Source of the DNA: Planctomycetota bacterium
GTDB taxonomy: Bacteria; Planctomycetota; UBA8742; UBA2392
Assembly (NCBI GenBank): GCA_019636215.1
Contig: JAHBXZ010000011.1
Location: 34,697 to 98,696, forward strand
DNA: 64,000 nucleotides
Reading direction: 5' to 3'
Positions 26,757 through 35,581 of the stretch are shown piece after piece. Within the stretch, counting starts at the first letter, position 1; each line of letters opens with the position of its first letter. The position numbers and the translations under genes are program-made. The notes under the pieces were generated by a model. That model searched no databases. It had not been told where the DNA came from and saw nothing but the letters and a program-made list of their open reading frames with translations.

Positions 26757-28634
26757 TTACTTCTCGCCGGTGAAGATCTTCTTTCTGGGCGGCACGGTTC
26801 CCTTCTTCAGGAACAGCAACGCGAAGCTGGTGTCGGTGCAGCCGCCCCAGCCGCCGTCTTTGTCCTGCAGCGCCAGCAGCGGGCAGCAGCCTTCATAGTA
26901 CCAGTTGTGTTCGCCCATGAACTTGACGCTGGCCAGCATGCCCACGCGCTCAAGCCCGTACATGTAGTAGTAATACCAATTGCGGTAATAGACCGGGTTG
27001 CGTGTGACGCTGAACCAGTACTCATGCCACGCCAGGCCGCACTCAATGGCCTCCTGTACGCCCTTTTCCCACTGCTGGTACAGGGCCTTGGAGGTGAACT
27101 CGGCCTTGAAGTCGGCATCGTTCATGCTGTCGGCGATTTCCAGGCCAACCATCAGGATCGTTACTCCGCTGGCCGACATGCTGCCGTAGGCGGTGGTCTG
27201 GTCCTGATACTTGTCCCAGGTTGCCTTGACGCTGTAGTGAAACCCGCGGGCTTCGACGGTCTTGGTGCTGTACGTGGATTTGCCCTTGCCGCGCTGGGCG
27301 TCTTTGGGCGGCGTAAAGTTGATCACGCGGCGAACCTTGGGGCCGGAAGCCGCCTGCATCTTCAGCGTTTCGTCGACAAACTTCTTGGTGATGCCGGGTG
27401 GTATGCGGATCGCACAGCGCTGGGCTGCGGCAAGGCCCAGAATCGCATACTGGGTGCACGAGAAATCGAACCGCTGGGTTGTGGAAGGCGCGACCGGCGG
27501 CTCTTTCTTGTAGTTCCAGAACGGGTTGGTGTCGTTGCGGTTGGCAACGATCCAGGCCACCAGGCGCTCCATTTCGGTACGGTCCTCGGCGCTGACGTCG
27601 CGCTTGAGTGTGACAGGCTTGTCCGAACTCAGGAAAGAGCGGCGCTCCTCAAGCGTGATGTACCTGGCCTCCAGTGCCATCAGCGACAAGCCGATGTCGT
27701 AGATGTTCTCCAGCGGCTGTTCCTTCATCTTGGCGAAGCTCTCGATGATGCGCTCGTCCTCGGCCGGCACGTCGCACATCAGCAGGGCCAGCAGGCTCAA
27801 GGCCGTTGCACCGCGGGCATGTGCGCCATAGACCCAAAGGCCGTCGGCGCCACGCTGCTTCCACAGGCGCTCTACGCCCAGGGCAATCGCCCGCTCGACC
27901 CGGCCGTTGAGGACCTTTTCTTCCCAGGAGTCAAAGTCGCGGGTAAGACGCCATTCGATGTCCCAGTCATAGAAGCTGGTGGCGGCCGGCTTGTCCCCAA
28001 CCGCAATTCCCGGCATCGCAGCATTGAAGGTTATGCGCGCGCCGCGCAGCCAGCCCTTGGGCATGTCAAACCAGGCCACGGTGTCGGCCGAGAACGCAGT
28101 CAGTTTCAATGTCTGGGCGGCGTCCGCACCTTCGTGAGGCTTCATGGTGTGCTTGCCGTAAATGACCCAGCAGTTGAAGCCGGCGTACTCCATCTGCGGC
28201 TTGAGTTCGTAAGCAGACGTGACGCGGAAGTTGTTAAAGGTCTGCACCTTTTCGAACTTCCACTCGCGCTGCCAGGTCGCCCCGACCTTCTGCTTGCCCG
28301 CAGGCAGGTACATCGCCAGCTGCATCAGCATTTCGTCAAGGATCAGCGGCTCGTAGCGGCGCTGCCACTCGCCGGCGTCGGTCGTTTCGTAGCCGAAGAA
28401 GCCGACCCACTGGCCGGCGGGCTCCAGCTGCTTGTCCTCGCCCTGGATGGGCGCGCGCGGGTTGAGTTTTTTCTGGTCAAAGACTGTGTAATGCAGGTAC
28501 TGGTTCGGGCCTTGCGCCCATGCCAGTTCCGGCCGGTCGTTGCCGGCCTGCATGTCGCCGTTGGCGACGACAATGCTTGAAGTGCAAAGTAATGCGGCGC
28601 ATGCCGCGAACACCCACGAGACCGCACGGACCAT
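26757..28634 (-). CDS. Secreted QW-motif protein A (terpene-cyclase/prenyltransferase-like alpha/alpha-toroid repeats), paralogue of the next gene
   Basis: True start MVRAVSWVFAACAALLCTSS (signal peptide) at 28632–28634. QW motifs: LLALQDKDGGWGG, WKQRGADGLW, RNDTNPFWNYK. The C-terminal tail TSFALLFLKKGTVPPRKK is shared with the paralogue. Confidence 0.75.
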   Translation of the reverse strand: MVRAVSWVFAACAALLCTSSIVVANGDMQAGNDRPELAWAQGPNQYLHYTVFDQKKLNPRAPIQGEDKQLEPAGQWVGFFGYETTDAGEWQRRYEPLILDEMLMQLAMYLPAGKQKVGATWQREWKFEKVQTFNNFRVTSAYELKPQMEYAGFNCWVIYGKHTMKPHEGADAAQTLKLTAFSADTVAWFDMPKGWLRGARITFNAAMPGIAVGDKPAATSFYDWDIEWRLTRDFDSWEEKVLNGRVERAIALGVERLWKQRGADGLWVYGAHARGATALSLLALLMCDVPAEDERIIESFAKMKEQPLENIYDIGLSLMALEARYITLEERRSFLSSDKPVTLKRDVSAEDRTEMERLVAWIVANRNDTNPFWNYKKEPPVAPSTTQRFDFSCTQYAILGLAAAQRCAIRIPPGITKKFVDETLKMQAASGPKVRRVINFTPPKDAQRGKGKSTYSTKTVEARGFHYSVKATWDKYQDQTTAYGSMSASGVTILMVGLEIADSMNDADFKAEFTSKALYQQWEKGVQEAIECGLAWHEYWFSVTRNPVYYRNWYYYYMYGLERVGMLASVKFMGEHNWYYEGCCPLLALQDKDGGWGGCTDTSFALLFLKKGTVPPRKKIFTGEK

Positions 28635-28666
28635 CGTCCTCTCCCCGAGACCAGCCCTCCTCAGGG

Positions 28667-30520
28667 CTAGCCTCCCTCTCCTGTGACGACCCGCGACCTT
28701 AGCGGAACCGTGCCCTTCTTCAAAAACAGCAGTGCAAACGAGGTTTCGACGATTCCTTCTCCCCACTGACCGTCGTCGCGTTGCAATGCCAGAAGCGGGC
28801 ACGCACCTTCAAAGTACCAGTTGTGTTCACCAATGTAGCGCAGCCCGGCCATCATTGCGACTCTTTCCAGACTGTAAATGTAATAGAAGTATTCATGAAA
28901 CTGGCTGCGCCAGGGGTTACGGGTGACACTGAAGAAGTACTCCAGCCAGCACAGCCCTCCTTCTAAACTGTTCTGCATCAAGAGGTTCCATGCAGTTTGT
29001 TCGGCCTTGGTGCCGAACTCGGCCTCCAGTCCCTTGCCCTGAAGGCCCATTCCCCATTCCACACACAGCATTTGGGTAATCAGTCCGGCACAGGTCATTG
29101 ACCCATAGGGCGCGCCCGTCCAGGTCTTTTCATCCCAAAGGCCCCAGGTCATGTACTCCCAGCCCCGGCTGTCGCCCTGCTTGCTGGCGCGGGCAAAGGC
29201 CGGCACACCCTTGGCGTTCTCCTTGGCTGCTATCACGCGCTTGATTTTGGGCCCTTCCTTCTGCTGGTACTTCAGCAGATAGCTGCTTACAGACTTGGTA
29301 ATGCCCTTGGGTAGCGCAATGCCGCAGCGTGCGGCCGCCGCAAAGCCCATCAGAACATAGTGGGTCGTGGAAAAGCACCACTTGCCGCCCCCTGCCCCGC
29401 GCTCCTTGTTGTACGTCCACAGCGGGTTGTCAGCGTTGCGGTTATCGACCAGCCAGTCCACGATCCGCTTCATCTCGGCGCGGTCGGCGGCACTCAGATT
29501 GCGCTTGAACGGCGGAAGTTCATCGCCGCCTACCACGTAATGCCGGCGCTCTTCGGCGTCTGTGTACTTGGCCTCAATTGCCATCAGGGAAATGCTGGCG
29601 GCATAGGTCGTTTCCATTGGTTCGTTGGCCATGGCCTCAAACCCGCGCACGATGCGCGGGTCATCGGGCTTTACATCGGATGCCAGCAGCGCATGCAGCA
29701 CCAGTGCCGTGCCGCCGCGCCGATGGTGGTAAAACGGCCACAGGCCTTCCTTCTGTTGCGCAAACAGGGCGTCGACACCCTTGGCGATGGCGCCGGCGAT
29801 GCGTTCGTTGAGGGCGTCGCGGTCGCGGCTGTCGGATTGGTCGGCCAGTCGCCACTCACCGGCCCACTGGTAGGTGGTTGACGCGGCGTCGGCACCCTTG
29901 AGTTCCGCCGCCAGCACAAACCGAAGACCCCGGGCAATGCGTGCCTGGTTGTCGAACCAGCAGGTTGTATTGACAGTGAAAGTGGTCCAGTTCGACACCG
30001 CCGCCGGGTTGTCTGCGCTGCCCACCTTCGCCAGCGCCCGGAATTGCCAGGTACCGGTGACCACTGAGCAACGCTTGCCGCGGTAGTCCTCCATGCGGGC
30101 AAACAGGCACTCGCCGGACAGCCCCAGCCCGGGCATGCCCACGATGTGCGGGAAATCCAGGTTGCGCTTCCAGTCGCCGCCAACCTTGAACTTGCTGCCG
30201 GGCATGTAGGCCGCCGTGTGGGCCAGCACTTCCTGCAGGCCAAGCGGCTGCACACTGCCGGCGCGCAGGCCGAACTGGTCAAGCTCATAGCCGAAGAAGT
30301 GCCAGGGCTTGAAGTGCACTTCCGGCGTTGGCGAACCGGCGGCATCCAGCAACTTGGATTCCACCGGCGCGAAGTACAGGTACTGGTGCGGCTCCACCTG
30401 CCAGGCGAAGTCCTGCCGGATTCCGCCTTCCTGCCGCGCCTGCCCATGCCCCGAAGGCGTGGCCGCGATGGCCAGCACGACGCCGACAATGGCAACTTTC
30501 ATCATGCGCGAGAATCGCAC
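28667..30520 (-). CDS. Secreted QW-motif protein B (terpene-cyclase/prenyltransferase-like alpha/alpha-toroid repeats)
   Basis: Signal peptide MRFSRMMKVAIVGVVLAIAATPSG. QW motifs: FAQQKEGLWPFY, NADNPLWTYNKE, LLALQRDDGQWGEG. Collinear with protein A throughout (HEYWFSVTRNP / LEYFFSVTRNP, GEHNWYYEG / GEHNWYFEG). Confidence 0.75.
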   Translation of the reverse strand: MRFSRMMKVAIVGVVLAIAATPSGHGQARQEGGIRQDFAWQVEPHQYLYFAPVESKLLDAAGSPTPEVHFKPWHFFGYELDQFGLRAGSVQPLGLQEVLAHTAAYMPGSKFKVGGDWKRNLDFPHIVGMPGLGLSGECLFARMEDYRGKRCSVVTGTWQFRALAKVGSADNPAAVSNWTTFTVNTTCWFDNQARIARGLRFVLAAELKGADAASTTYQWAGEWRLADQSDSRDRDALNERIAGAIAKGVDALFAQQKEGLWPFYHHRRGGTALVLHALLASDVKPDDPRIVRGFEAMANEPMETTYAASISLMAIEAKYTDAEERRHYVVGGDELPPFKRNLSAADRAEMKRIVDWLVDNRNADNPLWTYNKERGAGGGKWCFSTTHYVLMGFAAAARCGIALPKGITKSVSSYLLKYQQKEGPKIKRVIAAKENAKGVPAFARASKQGDSRGWEYMTWGLWDEKTWTGAPYGSMTCAGLITQMLCVEWGMGLQGKGLEAEFGTKAEQTAWNLLMQNSLEGGLCWLEYFFSVTRNPWRSQFHEYFYYIYSLERVAMMAGLRYIGEHNWYFEGACPLLALQRDDGQWGEGIVETSFALLFLKKGTVPLRSRVVTGEGG

Positions 30521-30562
30521 GCTGTCTCCTGCCCGGGACCGGCGCCAGCGTCAGGCGCGCGA

Positions 30563-31321
30563 TCAGCCAAGTTTCTTCATCAGCTCGGCGGCCTGGTTGC
30601 GCAGTTCGCCGACTTTTTTCTGTCGTTCCTGCAGTGTCTTCTTCAGTTGCTTCGATGACTCGACCATCACCGGCCCGTCGTCCAGCCCCTTAACCTGTGG
30701 CTCGAAATTGATCAGGCTGTCGGCACGCTCAAGCTCGGTCTTCAGCCGCGATTCCTCGGCGGCGGCCCAGTTGTCAAGGTCGGTCAGGCGGGCTTTGTCC
30801 CCGGCAAGCGTGGCGCGTTTGGTGTCGGGGTCCAGCCCCGCGGTGTTGCGCAACGCCGGAAGCACAGGCAGTGCACCCAGCGCTTCGTTCCAGGCGTCTA
30901 TGGCAATGCGGATTTCATTGACCCGCACGTTCAGGTTGCCGGCCCCGGTAACCTGGTCGGCCGCGTGCTTGCTGGCCGTGCCGCGCATTTCGCCCTGCTT
31001 GCTGGCAAGCCGGGCGCGCGCGCTGTTGCGGTTATCCTGCGCGGTGTCGGCAGCAGCCCTCAGCCTGGTGCCTTCCGTCTTCAGCGCATTGAGCCTGGCC
31101 GGGTCATTCTTGGCGTCATCCTGGGCCTTCTGGTTTTCACTGATCTTGCGGTTGGCCTCTGACAGCGCACTTTCGGCCTCATTGAGCTTGCTGGTCAATT
31201 CGCTGATGTCGCGCCGAAGCTGCTTGAACTGCTCCTGGGCATGCAGGGGCACGGCCGCGCACAGCGCAAGCACCAGTGCCAGCCACAGAACTGCCCTAGT
31301 TGCCCGGTTTGGCGATTCCAT
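30563..31321 (-). CDS. Periplasmic coiled-coil protein of unknown function
   Basis: Signal peptide AVLWLALVLALCAAVPLHAQ, then heptad-like charged coiled-coil sequence. Overlaps the 3' end of the response regulator by 26 nt. Confidence 0.6.
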   Translation of the reverse strand: MESPNRATRAVLWLALVLALCAAVPLHAQEQFKQLRRDISELTSKLNEAESALSEANRKISENQKAQDDAKNDPARLNALKTEGTRLRAAADTAQDNRNSARARLASKQGEMRGTASKHAADQVTGAGNLNVRVNEIRIAIDAWNEALGALPVLPALRNTAGLDPDTKRATLAGDKARLTDLDNWAAAEESRLKTELERADSLINFEPQVKGLDDGPVMVESSKQLKKTLQERQKKVGELRNQAAELMKKLG

Positions 31322-32627
31322 ACTTCTTCATCTTATACTGAAGCGCTGTCCGCCCCACGCCCAATACCCTTGCTGCCCGGCTGATGTTCCAGCCGGTTTC
31401 TTCCAGTGCCGTCACCAGCGCGTTTCTTTCCATGCGCTCGAGGTCCCCCACCAGGCCGGCGGCCGGGGATTCGCCGGGCGGCAGGGCCCCGGCTTCCAGC
31501 ATCTCCGGCGGCAGGTCACTGCGCGCGACGGTGTCGCCGCGAGCCAGCGCCACACAGCGACGCACCACGTTTTCAAGCTCGCGCACATTGCCGGGCCAGT
31601 GGTAGCGTTCCATGATGCCGGTGACCTCGGGCGTGAACTTCATCCTGCTGCCTTCGCGCGCCAGGAAGTGCTGCACCAGCGCGCCAAGGTCGCCAATGCG
31701 TTCCCGCAAGGGCGGCAGGGTCACCGTAACCACATTGACGCGATAAAACAGGTCTTCACGGAAGCGGCCTTCCTTCACCATCTGCCGCAGGTTGCGATTG
31801 GTTGCGCACACCAGCCGCACATCCACACGGATCGGTTGGCTGCCGCCGACACGCTCCATCACCTTGTCCTGAAGCACGCGCAGCAGCTTCACCTGGGTGC
31901 TGGCCGGGATCTCGCCCAATTCATCCAGAAACAGCGTGCCGCCGTCGGCGGACTCAAAACGGCCTTTGCGCTGAGCATCGGCGCCGGTGAACGCGCCCTT
32001 TTCGTGCCCGAACAGTTCGCTTTCCAGGACACCCTGCGCCAGCGCCCCCGCGTTCACGGCCACAAATGGGCCGTTGGCGCGGCCTGACAGCGCATGCACC
32101 GCCTTTGCCACAAGCTCTTTGCCGGTGCCGCTTTCCCCCAGCACCAGCACGGGCACGGTGCTTTGGGCCGCGCGCCGCACGATATCGGCAACTTCGGCCA
32201 GTTGCGGGGCATTGCCCACCATGCCCGGCAGTGCGCCGCCGGTGGCCGCCCCGGGCGAGGCTTCTGCAATCGCGCGCTCGACCTTGAACTCAAGTTCCGC
32301 AAGGTCGAACGGCTTTTCCATGAAGTCAGATGCGCCAAGACTCATGGCCTCTACGGCATCGCGCACGCTGCCGTGGGCTGTGATCATGATGAACGGCGGG
32401 GGCTCGCCTCCCTTTGACAAAGCGCGCAGCAGGCCCATGCCGTCCAGCTTGGGCATCTTGAGGTCGCTTACGACGGCGTCAAAGCGCCGGCCGCCGGCCA
32501 GCTTCAGGGCGATCTCACCGTTCTCGGCCTGGGTGACTTCCATGCCTTTGGCCACCAGGGCCATGGCAAGCATGTCTCGCATGCTGGCTTTGTCGTCAAC
32601 CACAAGCACATGGGGTTTGTTGCTCAA
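31296..32627 (-). CDS. Sigma-54-dependent transcriptional activator (NtrC-family response regulator: REC, AAA+ and Fis-type HTH domains)
   Basis: REC domain with HVLVVDD...VVSDLKMP; Walker A GESGTGKE; GAFTGA sigma-54 contact motif; C-terminal HTH ...[25 protein letters not shown] start; 2-nt overlap with the HK stop. Confidence 0.9.
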   Translation of the reverse strand: MSNKPHVLVVDDKASMRDMLAMALVAKGMEVTQAENGEIALKLAGGRRFDAVVSDLKMPKLDGMGLLRALSKGGEPPPFIMITAHGSVRDAVEAMSLGASDFMEKPFDLAELEFKVERAIAEASPGAATGGALPGMVGNAPQLAEVADIVRRAAQSTVPVLVLGESGTGKELVAKAVHALSGRANGPFVAVNAGALAQGVLESELFGHEKGAFTGADAQRKGRFESADGGTLFLDELGEIPASTQVKLLRVLQDKVMERVGGSQPIRVDVRLVCATNRNLRQMVKEGRFREDLFYRVNVVTVTLPPLRERIGDLGALVQHFLAREGSRMKFTPEVTGIMERYHWPGNVRELENVVRRCVALARGDTVARSDLPPEMLEAGALPPGESPAAGLVGDLERMERNALVTALEETGWNISRAARVLGVGRTALQYKMKKYGIAKPGN

Positions 32628-33934
32628 GGCTGGGTCTCTCGCAAGAAGGTGGCGCGGAACATGGTACCTGACGGCCCGGTGTGAACCAGCACAAGGTCTC
32701 CGCCCAGGTCACGCAGCAACCGCCGCGCGATGGCAAGACCAAGGCCAGTGCCGTCGGCCTTGCCGGTAACAAAGGGCTGAAACAGCCGGGCACGAACACT
32801 TGCGTCAATGCCCGGCCCGTTGTCAGCCACATCCACGCGCAGTTCCTGCCCGCGCAGCTCGGCGCTTACGGTCACCACTCCGCCGTTCTCGCGCAGGGCC
32901 TCTGCGGCGTTGACCACCACGTTGCTCATGGCCTCGCGCAGGGCGGTGCTGTCAACTTCCAGCTCGTCCCCGGGCAGGCCCTCGGCCTTGACCTGCACGG
33001 ATTCTCCGCCGGACATGCGCGCGGACTCCAGTACCGGGCGCAGCACCTGGTCCAGCGTGATCTTCTCGATGCTGCCCTTGGACCCCCGCGAGAACTGCAG
33101 AAAATCGCGCACCACGCGATCCAGCGCACCGATTTCGCTGATCAGTTTGTCGGCGATCTGGCGCTGCATCGGGTCCGACAGGCCGCGCGCCAGAAGTTCC
33201 ACATAGCCGCGCAAGGCCGCCAGCGGGTTCTTGATCTGGTGCGCCATGCCGGCACTGAACTGCGCCAGCTCGGCCAGGCGGGTCTGCTTTTGCAGGTCGC
33301 GCTGGACGCGCCCCCAGGCCCGCACCGTTCCCACGGCAGCCAGCAGTGTCACGGCAAACACCACGGCCACGGTCAGCGCCATGGTGTTGCGGATGGCAGC
33401 AAGTCGCTGGCTGTAGTCGGCTTCAATCTCTATGGCCACGGCAAAGTTGCCGGGCTTGCCGTCGGGGTCCAGCACCGGCGCAAAACCGTTGCGGTAGAGG
33501 TTTCCTTCGGCGTCCTTGTAGGCAATCGTGGCCACGGGCTGGCCGCCAAAGCTGGCCTCAAGCTCGTTGCCGTCGTTGGCAAAGCCGTAGTCGCGGCTGC
33601 CAAACGCACCGCCGTCTGTGTCCAGCCACAGGCTGCCGTCGCGCCGCAGCACGGCAATGCGCCGCACACCGCTGGCCGATTTTAAAGCCTTCAGCCGGTC
33701 GCGGTACAACACGGCCACCGGGTCATCGCCCGACGGCAACTGGTCCAGGGCGCCGGCGCTGAGGCCCGCAGCCGCCGCCGCGGCGTAACTCTTGAGCCGG
33801 CGTTCGAGTTGTTCTTCCAGGCTGGCCTCAATGTACCCGTACGCAACAAGCGCGCCGCCAAGCAGCGCGCCTGCCACGACCAGCGTGAACACCCAGCCCA
33901 GGGCCAGCGTTGCCTTGCCGGGCTTCTGCGGCAT
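32624..33934 (-). CDS. Sensor histidine kinase with a periplasmic (Cache-like) sensing domain
   Basis: TM1, about 150-aa periplasmic domain, TM2; H-box MAHQIKNPLAALRGY; N/G boxes (DNGPGI, GTGLGLAI). Confidence 0.85.
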   Translation of the reverse strand: MPQKPGKATLALGWVFTLVVAGALLGGALVAYGYIEASLEEQLERRLKSYAAAAAAGLSAGALDQLPSGDDPVAVLYRDRLKALKSASGVRRIAVLRRDGSLWLDTDGGAFGSRDYGFANDGNELEASFGGQPVATIAYKDAEGNLYRNGFAPVLDPDGKPGNFAVAIEIEADYSQRLAAIRNTMALTVAVVFAVTLLAAVGTVRAWGRVQRDLQKQTRLAELAQFSAGMAHQIKNPLAALRGYVELLARGLSDPMQRQIADKLISEIGALDRVVRDFLQFSRGSKGSIEKITLDQVLRPVLESARMSGGESVQVKAEGLPGDELEVDSTALREAMSNVVVNAAEALRENGGVVTVSAELRGQELRVDVADNGPGIDASVRARLFQPFVTGKADGTGLGLAIARRLLRDLGGDLVLVHTGPSGTMFRATFLRETQP

Positions 33935-35142
33935 CAGAAGTTCAACTCCAGAAAGAGCGCCGCCGTATGAACGGCATAGCCACCGGTGTTGATGTCGCTC
34001 ATGCGCCGCGCGTAGGTGTATCGGCCGCCCAGGTAAAGGTAAGAGTACACGTTATAGGCGACTTCGCCCCACAGCATCGCGTAGCGCTCAAACGTGGTCT
34101 TTTGTGTGCTGCCGGGTTCAAGCGAGTCCACATCGATGCGGTCGTCGTATTCGCGATGCCAGAACTGAATGCCCGCGGTAATGCGCAGCGGCTCGTAGAA
34201 GTTGAAATCCACTGCACCGCGCAGGCCGTACTGCGAATAACGATTGAAGCCCGCAGCGCTGTCATCCTGCCGGATTGCGTAGACCCGGCCCTCGGCCTCA
34301 ATGAAGCCCAGGTCAACCTTGAAATCGACGCCATAATCCAGCACCAGCAGTTGCAGGTCGTCGGTCTGCGACAGCAGTGTGCCGTCGTCCTGCAGGTCTA
34401 TCTGGTCACGGAACCACAGGTAGCTGAAGTCCACGTATGGCCGCAGTTCCACAATGTCCCACAGACTCATGTAGATGCTGAAGTCAAGCCCGACATCCCA
34501 GTTGTCATAACTGGGCACCTTGTTCTCTTCGCTGAAGTCGGTGGTCTTGCCGTGCAGGCCCAGTTCAAAGATCAGGAAGGAAACCGCATAGCCAACATGA
34601 ATGCGTGCAACGCCGCCACTGGCACGCAGGTCGTCCTGGCGAGTCAGCGGGCCGGTCAGTTCGTAGGTCTGCAGTTGCTGGTAAAGCACGTCGGCCGAAA
34701 TGCCGAAGCCCCAGCCACCCCCGCCGTAGGGCACCTTGACAAAGCCGCCCAGCTTCATGTCCCACTGGTCGGCATCAGGTTCGCCAAAGTACAGGCGCCC
34801 GGCCACTTTGCCGCGTACGCCCAGCGCGATCAAACCGAAGTTGTGCCCAACCCAGGCCTCGCCCACGGCGTCGCCGAACAGGCCGGTGTCGTCGTTGCGG
34901 TCCTCCTTGAAGATGTTGCTGTCCCAGCCAAAGGAAACCCTTGTGCGCAGGCCCAGGCCGGTGCGGTCGCGGCCCAGGGAAAGCGGCAGGTACTGGCCGT
35001 CGGCAACGCCCCCGACCTCAAGGTCAGAGAAAGGCTCAATGGATTCCCTGGCATCTGGATTGGTGGTCGGCGAGGTATTGCCCTGGGCGTGCATCTGGCC
35101 CGCCAGGGCCAGCAGGACTGCGGCAATCAACCATCGTTGCAT
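33934..35142 (-). CDS. Outer-membrane beta-barrel protein
   Basis: Start MQRWLIAAVLLALAGQMHAQ (signal peptide; GGAG SD upstream). Alternating amphipathic beta-strands; C-terminal ...LFLELNF with terminal Phe. The TGATG stop/start overlaps the HK gene by 1 nt. Confidence 0.7.
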   Translation of the reverse strand: MQRWLIAAVLLALAGQMHAQGNTSPTTNPDARESIEPFSDLEVGGVADGQYLPLSLGRDRTGLGLRTRVSFGWDSNIFKEDRNDDTGLFGDAVGEAWVGHNFGLIALGVRGKVAGRLYFGEPDADQWDMKLGGFVKVPYGGGGWGFGISADVLYQQLQTYELTGPLTRQDDLRASGGVARIHVGYAVSFLIFELGLHGKTTDFSEENKVPSYDNWDVGLDFSIYMSLWDIVELRPYVDFSYLWFRDQIDLQDDGTLLSQTDDLQLLVLDYGVDFKVDLGFIEAEGRVYAIRQDDSAAGFNRYSQYGLRGAVDFNFYEPLRITAGIQFWHREYDDRIDVDSLEPGSTQKTTFERYAMLWGEVAYNVYSYLYLGGRYTYARRMSDINTGGYAVHTAALFLELNF

Positions 35143-35370
35143 ATCGGGATCTCCGCCGGGGAAGTTCGGGTGTGGCGAGTTTAGGGCCGTGCGGGCCTGG
35201 TCACAATGGCCGCGCCCCAAGGGACTGCGGGAGGCCGGGGCAGACTTTCCTGTCTGCCGACCAGCCTCCCGCGATTCACCTCTGGACAAAGTTGGCAGCC
35301 GGTCAGTGGGGCCATACTGCCGGCTGCCTTTCCCTTGTCGCCTGAGGACCCGATCCTCAGACAAACAGGT

Positions 35371-35389
35371 AAAAGCACCCACCGTGCCA
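35371..35389 (-). promoter_or_regulatory. Candidate sigma-54 (-24/-12) promoter for the OMP–HK–RR–CC–QW operon
   Basis: Minus-strand TGGCACG-gtgg-gTGCT versus consensus TGGCACG-N4-TTGCW; GG and GC spacing is correct. About 230 nt upstream of OMP ATG 35142; a GTGGC-N6-GCCAC dyad lies about 140 bp further upstream (35532–35547). Confidence 0.5.
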
Positions 35390-35581
35390 ATTGCCGGGCA
35401 GGCGGCCCGATCACCCTGACAATGGCTTCAGCAAAGGGGTTTCCAGCCACCCGGCTGCTTTGGTCACAGCGCGTGATCCCGGGCAGAACCGCCAGTTCTC
35501 AAGCGTTATTGCCAGTGGCAGTGCCTGCTTTGTGGCACCTGCGCCACGGCCGCGTATCGCGCGAGGCCTGTCGCATGTAGA

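Noticed and set aside
24870-28580. 468-aa minus ORF antisense to the DppC-like permease, and 613-aa plus ORF antisense to QW protein A
   Set aside because: Compositionally junk; the sense genes have transmembrane, permease or QW motifs.
26757-30520. Shared C-terminal tail FALLFLKKGTVP.R..(R/K) of the two QW proteins as a PEP-CTERM/sortase-type sorting signal
   Set aside because: The hydrophobic stretch is only 6–7 residues, too short for a membrane anchor. No PEP or LPXTG motif and no exosortase or sortase gene is nearby. More likely it is the conserved last helix of paralogues. The sigma-54 two-component pair is also not PrsK/PrsR-like (the kinase has a simple 2-TM periplasmic-sensor topology).
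30309-35184. Plus-strand ORFs (592, 334 and 424 aa) antisense to the coiled-coil, RR, HK and OMP genes
   Set aside because: Ser/Arg/Ala-rich low complexity. The minus strand has unmistakable REC/AAA+/HTH, H-box and beta-barrel features.
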